From positions 1-40,313 of the forward strand of contig WELA01001312.1 in the NCBI GenBank assembly GCA_009602735.1: a DNA stretch of 40,313 nt, given 5' to 3'. Positions 34,366-40,313 of the stretch are shown here, in pieces. Made by a program: the position numbers and the translations under genes. Each line of letters opens with the position of its first letter. Positions within the stretch are counted from its first letter, which is position 1. The DNA is from Mesotaenium endlicherianum. Its lineage: Eukaryota. Under the pieces are notes generated by a model. The model made no database searches. It was not told the DNA's origin and saw nothing but the letters and a program-made list of their open reading frames with translations.

Positions 34366-37036
34366 AAGTGCTGACGGAGTTATTGGAGAAGGGATTCATC
34401 CTAGAGCGAGTGTCCATTTACAGCGCCAGTCTTATTTGTGAAGAAAAAGGATGGGACTATGAGGATGTGTGTCGACTACCGAGCACTCAATAAGATCACC
34501 GTCAAGAACAGGTACCCACTTCCACGAGTGGACGAGTTGATTGACAGGCTTGTCGGGGCCAAGTATTTCTCGAAGATCAATTTGAGGAGTGGCTATCATC
34601 AGGTACAGATTGCGAAACGAGATGTTTAGAAGACTGCTTTCAGGACTCGCTATGGGTTGTTCAAGTTCATAGTCATGCCTTTGGATTGACTAATGCCCTG
34701 CTACATTCGTGGGACTCATGAATAGTATCTTCAGACCCTACTTGGACCAGTTTGTGGTGGTGTTTTTGGACGACATCTTGACCTACTCGAAGACCTTGGA
34801 AGAGCATGTGGAGCATCTGAGGAAGGTTGTGGAGGTCTTGAGAGATCACAAGGTTTATGGGAAGATGAGCAAGTGCGACTTCAGTCTCAAGGAGGTCAAG
34901 TTTTTTAGGCACATAGGAGTTGAAGGAGTCAAGATTGACAGAAGAAGGTGCAAGCAGTCAGAGATTAGCCGGTACCCGCTGATATTCATCAACTCAGGAG
35001 TTTCCTCGACATGGCGAATTATTATCGACGCTCCATCGAAGGGTTTGCCAAGGTGTGTGCACCGCTCACGGAAATGTTGAAGAAGCAGGAGAAGTGGCTA
35101 TGGGGTGACAAGGAGCAACAAGTCTTTGAGAAGATCAAGGAATTGTTGACACAGGCATCTGTGTTGGCAATCGCCAGTCCAGAGCTTCCTTTTAGCATCA
35201 TCTCGGACGCATCAAATTTTGCAGTGGGAGCCATTCTTCTCCAGGGCAAAGGGTTCCAATCTGTGGCATACGAGAGCAGGAAAATGAGTCCTGCCGAGCA
35301 AAACTATGCAGCACACGAGCAGGCTTTCAAGATTTGGCGATATTATGTGGACGGCAGGAAGGTGTTCATCAAGACCGACCACAAAAGCTTGGAGAAGTTT
35401 ATGACGCAGCCAACATTGACACCAAGACAAGCAAGGTGGTCGGAGTTTCTGCAACAGTTTGACCACGAGATTGGGTATTTACCTGGGACGATCAATCCTG
35501 CAGATGCTTTATCCAGGGTGTGCCACCTTGCAGCTGTCTCAATCATCAAGGACAATCTGGTCTTCAAGGAGAAGCTTCAAAAAGGCTATGAGAAGGACCC
35601 AAAGTTTGCTGATGGTGGAGCAGCTGAGTTCAACTCGAGTATGCAAACGAAGGACGGCATATGGTATTATGGTGATTCCAAGAGAGTGGTAGTACCTGAC
35701 ATCAAGGAGCTACGAGACTTACTACTTGCGAAGGATCACGACTGCTTATATGGTGGACACCATAAAGGCATGAACACGGCAAGCGTGCTGAAGCAAGAGT
35801 ACTCTTGGAGAAATATGGACAAGGACATCGAAGAGTGGATCAGGAGTTGCGATGCGTGCCAGCGGAACAAGACACTGAATCAAAAGAAGGGAGGTACCTT
35901 GCAACCCCTGCCTATTCCAAAGGATCCTTGGGAGCAGATTGCTATAGACTTCATCACATCTTTACCAGTGAGTGGTGAAGGGCACGATGCATTATGGGTT
36001 GCGTCTAATAGACTCATCAAGATGGCACACTTCATTCCCACGAAGGAGACTAGTACGGCAGCAGATGTGGCACGGCTATTCTTTGATCATATTTTCAGGC
36101 TACATGGGTTGCCAAAGGTGATTGTTTTAGACCGGAATCCAAGGTTTACTAGCAACTTTTGGCGGTCATTGTTTACTTTGATGGGGACCAAGCTGAGTAT
36201 GAGCAGTTCCTATCATCCACAGACAGACGGACAGAGTGAGAGGCTCAACAGAACTTTGCAAAAGGTGCTCAAGAGTTTCACTATGGAGGACCCTTCAGAG
36301 TGGGACAAGAAGCTGCCAGGGTTGGAGTATGCCTACAACAACAGCATGCACGGATCGACCAAGCAGTCTCCATTCGCTGTGGTTTGTGGAAGAGAAGTAT
36401 ATCATCCAGGGAACACCCTGTTTGGAGAAGGCCTAAGAGACTCGGGTTAATATTACACAAGCGTATATGGAGCAAATGGCCAAGACTTGGGACATGGCGA
36501 AGACATGTATTCGGAAAGCACAAGAAGAGCAGGTCAAGCATGCTAATAAGCATCGGAGGAAAGTGATATTCCTTGTGGGTGACAAAGTACTCTTGTCAAG
36601 AGAGAACCTACCTTCCACAGGCTAGAGGAAATTGCGGGCACGGTTCACAGGTCCTTTACTGGTGCTCAAGCAAGTTAACTATAAAATCGAACTTCCTTCA
36701 GGCTGACGTATCCATGATGTGTTCCATGTCAGTTGTTTGCAGCCATACGTTGACCCAAATGAAGGACACCCATGACAACTAACAACACTGCCACCACCCG
36801 TTGATATCGATGATATATTGGAGTATGAAGTGGAGGCGATTGTCGGCGATCGAAGAGTCAAGCGAGGTCAACGACTTGTTCAAGAGTATCTGGTCAAGTG
36901 GAAAGGCTACCATGCGGACGACAATACTTGGGAGCGGGGGGCCAACTTGACTCATTGTAAGAGTAAGTTAAGACGTTATCTGCAGAATGCGTCGAGGACG
37001 TCGCATCTTGAGGAGGGGAATAATGTAAGGTCATAG
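34366..37036 (+). pseudogene. pol: pol of element E (RT-RH-INT-chromodomain), frameshifted
   Basis: [48 protein letters not shown]; RNase H lacks the ELLA segment (reads HEQ-AFK). Confidence 0.93.
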
Positions 37037-37160
37037 GTTTATAAAGTGCATTTTTGAGTTTCATGAAAGTATGTCTTGATTGTAAAGAAGTGTAGAGTGC
37101 ATGTTTGTGATTATTTTGATATAAAGTTCGTCAAATTTGGTCAAGTATTGAGAGAGTTAT
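34366..37160 (+). mobile_element. Ty3/Gypsy chromovirus E (different family), 5'-truncated, with PPT and start of 3' LTR
   Basis: RT begins at ..LTELLEKGFI; no gag or PR upstream; PPT GAGGAGGGGAATAA at 37010-37023; LTR start TGTAAGG at 37024. Confidence 0.92.
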
Positions 37161-38397
37161 TGTAATGAATCAGTTCATTATTTATTTAATTAGTTGCATA
37201 CATAAACATAACACTAAATAAGTATCATGTCAATATACTCACATGTGCGAGTTCATCTAAATGAATGTATGTCGATGTAATGCGAGTTTACTTACTTTGT
37301 CGAAAAAGTCACAATGTACTGTGCTGACTTTGTTGAAAAGGTCAGCAGGATGACTTTTGTATCATAGATAGTTTGCTGAGATTTATATATCAGTTATATA
37401 CAGGATATAATATCAGTAGGTTGACATATAATAAACTCGCTTGATATTAGTAAGTATACTTAGCTTCAGTACGCTGTAGATAGATATATTCATTTAGGTT
37501 ATTATTTGTAGATTGGCGCATGTGACCGTAGTATACTGAAAGTCGGGAGGTCGACTGAGATTCGGTAAGCCGATGTCCTACCAGTGTGGTTAACTCCTGG
37601 GTAGGCGCAACCGTTGTCGGTCAACTGAACAGTTAGGACTTCAGTTAACCGACCAATTGATATGGTCGTTATACCTAGATCCGTGGGTCCCAACTTAAAC
37701 GGGTTTCCCACAAAACGGCGCACCTTGCGCCGTGGTCAAACAGGTAGTCACTAGGTACATAGCAGGCTGGGATCTCGTGTTTCCTCATTCTGGACAGTAG
37801 GCTTTACAGTCGGATTTCTACTTGCAAGTCATGTGTGCACTTTTGGGTTCGTTCTAATGACCAGCCTTCACAGAAATTGACATGGCTGCTTCGTCTGCGC
37901 TCCAAATGGGGCGAACTAGGACTTTTCGGAAAGGTCTCGTCAAGATGCATCCGTTACCGTTAAGGTTGCTCAATTTGGAGTAGTAGCAATGTTATGCCCC
38001 ATGACATTTCGGGGTCACACAGCGGACAGATTCCAGTGTTTTGCACCTAAGTCAGTGGGATGTGTTCTAGCTACATGATGGTCATCTGAATGAGAGCGCC
38101 TTTGCTATTTTAGTCCCCTGATGTCGTGCATGTGCTATACATGCTTGCATGCCTGGTAGGCAAGAGGCCATGAGTTTCTAAAGGAGAAGCTCAAGTCCTC
38201 AAGCTCGCCTCTTACTTGTGTCTCATGTTAGTGTGCAACAATGGCACACTACGGTAAGTGAGTCAAGGGTTATAGATGAGTAAACGGAATTCTTGTAAGG
38301 GCGAAGGTCGCTCCCTGATTTCACACGCTTCCACCTATCTCTGATCTTATATATTTAAATGAAATATATTAATCTTCAATAAGCATGATCCATTTCA
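37161..38397 (+). mobile_element. Solo LTR (family C) inserted in E's 3' LTR, with 5-bp TSD
   Basis: TGTAATGAATC...CATTTCA flanked by GTTAT at 37156-37160 and 38398-38402; may contain an inner insertion. Confidence 0.82.
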
Positions 38398-38711
38398 GTT
38401 ATGGATTTCCGAAATTAAATTTGTTTTGAGGTCGGTTGACGACTGTCCTTAATTCACGGTGAGCGCATCCGATGGATTGACCGACAGCGTCAAGCGATCT
38501 GGCCCCACAGAGTGAACTCGAACCTTCACGTAAGTTCGGTTGACGCGGAGTGCCGACTAGGTCGATTTACCTAGAGTTTAGCCTAGCTCGCCTAAGATAG
38601 AATATTCTAGTAATGTCGATGCATGCATGTGGACCTCAAATCGACCCGACACGTCAGATGAGACTGATTGAGCTGATCGAGTTTGAGAACCATTCAAATC
38701 ATCCAATGTTG

Positions 38712-38786
38712 TTAGTGTCTAGTCTAATTTTGCTAGTAGCCATGATTGGCGCAACAGTGCTTACTATGCATAAAATGACCCAAGTC
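38712..38786 (+). pseudogene. nad6: Mitochondrial nad6 C-terminal fragment (NUMT)
   Basis: LVSSLILLVAMIGATVLTMHKMTQV vs recalled plant Nad6 LVSSLILLVAMIGAIVLTMH(R/K)TT(K/Q)V. Confidence 0.8.
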
Positions 38787-38999
38787 AACTCGGGCGCCCA
38801 CAATTTTGTTTTCACAGGTCGGAGGGTCTCACACGGTGAATATTCTGGAAGGGACAATTTGACAAACACTTAGGAAAATCCGTTGCTAAGCAGCTCTCCT
38901 GTCTATGGAGGAGTTAGGTCAGAAAAGTATAAATAGGCATGTCGTGCGGTAGGAGGTCGGGTGCGTATCAATGACACAAGCAATGCATAATATGCAAGC

Positions 39000-40161
39000 A
39001 GGCTTTGCTGCAATGAAGTCTATAATACATGTGGCTTTATAGCCAAACGATAGTCACGCGTCAAATGTTTTAATTAAGGAGTGAGTACTCTCTAGAGTGA
39101 GCACCTCAAGACTGTAATCTGGTAGGAAAACAACTAAAGAAGTCTGGCCCAAAAGATCACTGGAAGCACATCATGATCTTCAAGAGTAGTCCTATGGCAG
39201 GGGGTATAAGCTGTGACTTTGCTCACCACTTGTGAAGTTTGTTCTAGTGATTGGAAGCCAGCAAGGCTTGCTCTTCACAAGAGAGAGACTAAGTGGTCCT
39301 GAAACCACAAGAGATAAAAGTGTAAGCTTTACTGATAATTTCTGTGACTTACAAGTGGCATAATGGGACTTCTAAAAAGATGTTTTTTTAGGGACATCTC
39401 TAGCACTTATAATCCCGAAAACCCGGCGTCGTATGCGGCGGATCCAATGCATGTAGTCACTCTAGGAGGCTCTCTTTTGTCCACTAATGTGTACAAGGCA
39501 TGTACTAGCACTCCTATAGGCTAAGCATAACTCAAACCAATCAAAGCAAAGCACGTAGAATATGCTAAGTGTCTCTCATTGGTGGAGCTTACCTTGGGTA
39601 GTTCTACCTAGATAGCGCCTCAAAAGTGAATCCGAAACTTGAGGAAGCTTCCTCTAGGAGTAGGTGATGCACTCACCAAGTTATAGTCTCAATGATGCAC
39701 TTATACTATGGGCATGCAAGGCTTATGTAGTCTAAAAGGCTCGCGGATTTGTGCGCACAAAGTTAGGGGTCCTTCGGGTCACGAATAGTCAACATTGTCA
39801 CCTTTGGGTGCATTAAGTCACACGTTGGCCATTTAGTGTGATTCCGCTAGGTGCCGAAAGAAGTGCGGACTAGATCGCGTCTATCTCGCTCGATAATTAA
39901 CCAAATGACGCGAAACCTGTGCCATTCGGAAGATGCTTCGACGCGCTACACTTTGGTGACTCGGAAATCTAGAGAAGGTCCACATATAGATACGTAAAGT
40001 CAATGCAAAGTTGGTCTTCCTAGGTTGATGGTTCACACACGTAGAGCTTGGTTTTGTACGTCAACCTCGACTTAATAAATCATGACAGGCATAACTACTT
40101 CATTTCTTATCAGTTATCACTTCTATAAATTTCTACGGGTTTGTAATGACAAGGCCTTACA
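39000..40161. mobile_element. LTR-like non-coding DNA ending CCTTACA (left boundary approximate)
   Basis: CCTTACA (40155-40161) is the inverse of E's LTR start TGTAAGG, so this is either the end of E's LTR or the start of a minus-strand LTR. Confidence 0.3.
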
Positions 40162-40269
40162 TCCTACATCATTTGTGAGCAGTTTCTTGCTACTCACAAT
40201 GTTTAGGATGATTGCAACTAGTTCCTTTCCTCGTGAGTCACTACACTTCCACTAGGGCACTCTGCCCCT

Positions 40270-40271
<2 letters not shown>

Positions 40272-40313
<42 letters not shown>
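40272..40313 (+). repeat. (GA)n microsatellite running off the window
   Basis: Directly visible. Confidence 0.98.

Noticed and set aside
1..40313. CRISPR arrays, rRNA or tRNA genes, prokaryotic defence or retron-type systems
   Set aside because: No regularly spaced repeats or RNA-gene signatures seen; all RTs are Ty3/Gypsy type in an LTR context

Overview
This is eukaryotic nuclear DNA, probably from a land plant; a non-seed lineage is suggested but not shown. 1-20400 is a nest of Ty3/Gypsy LTR retrotransposons. Two copies of one chromovirus family sit head-to-head: A (77-6611, minus strand, decayed) and B (9163-17392, plus strand, near-intact pol). Both carry an extra sense ORF after pol (548 aa, intact in B). 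They lie inside an older minus-strand non-chromovirus element D (6612-9001 and 18084-20404) whose integrase ends in a decayed PHD-finger-like motif. 20683-28400 holds a phase-consistent, roughly 7-exon, ~1430-aa gene model built from duplicated exons. It has two SPOROCYTELESS/SPEAR-type 'RGxG(I/V)AxLE' motifs, EAR-like motifs and a C-terminal ELF3/DUF863-like helix, and is the most unusual host feature. 34366-38400 is a third, 5'-truncated chromovirus (E) with a solo LTR (TSD GTTAT) in its 3' LTR. It is followed by a short mitochondrial nad6-like fragment, more LTR-like DNA and a (GA)n run. All homology calls come from recalled motifs and by-eye alignment; no searches were run.
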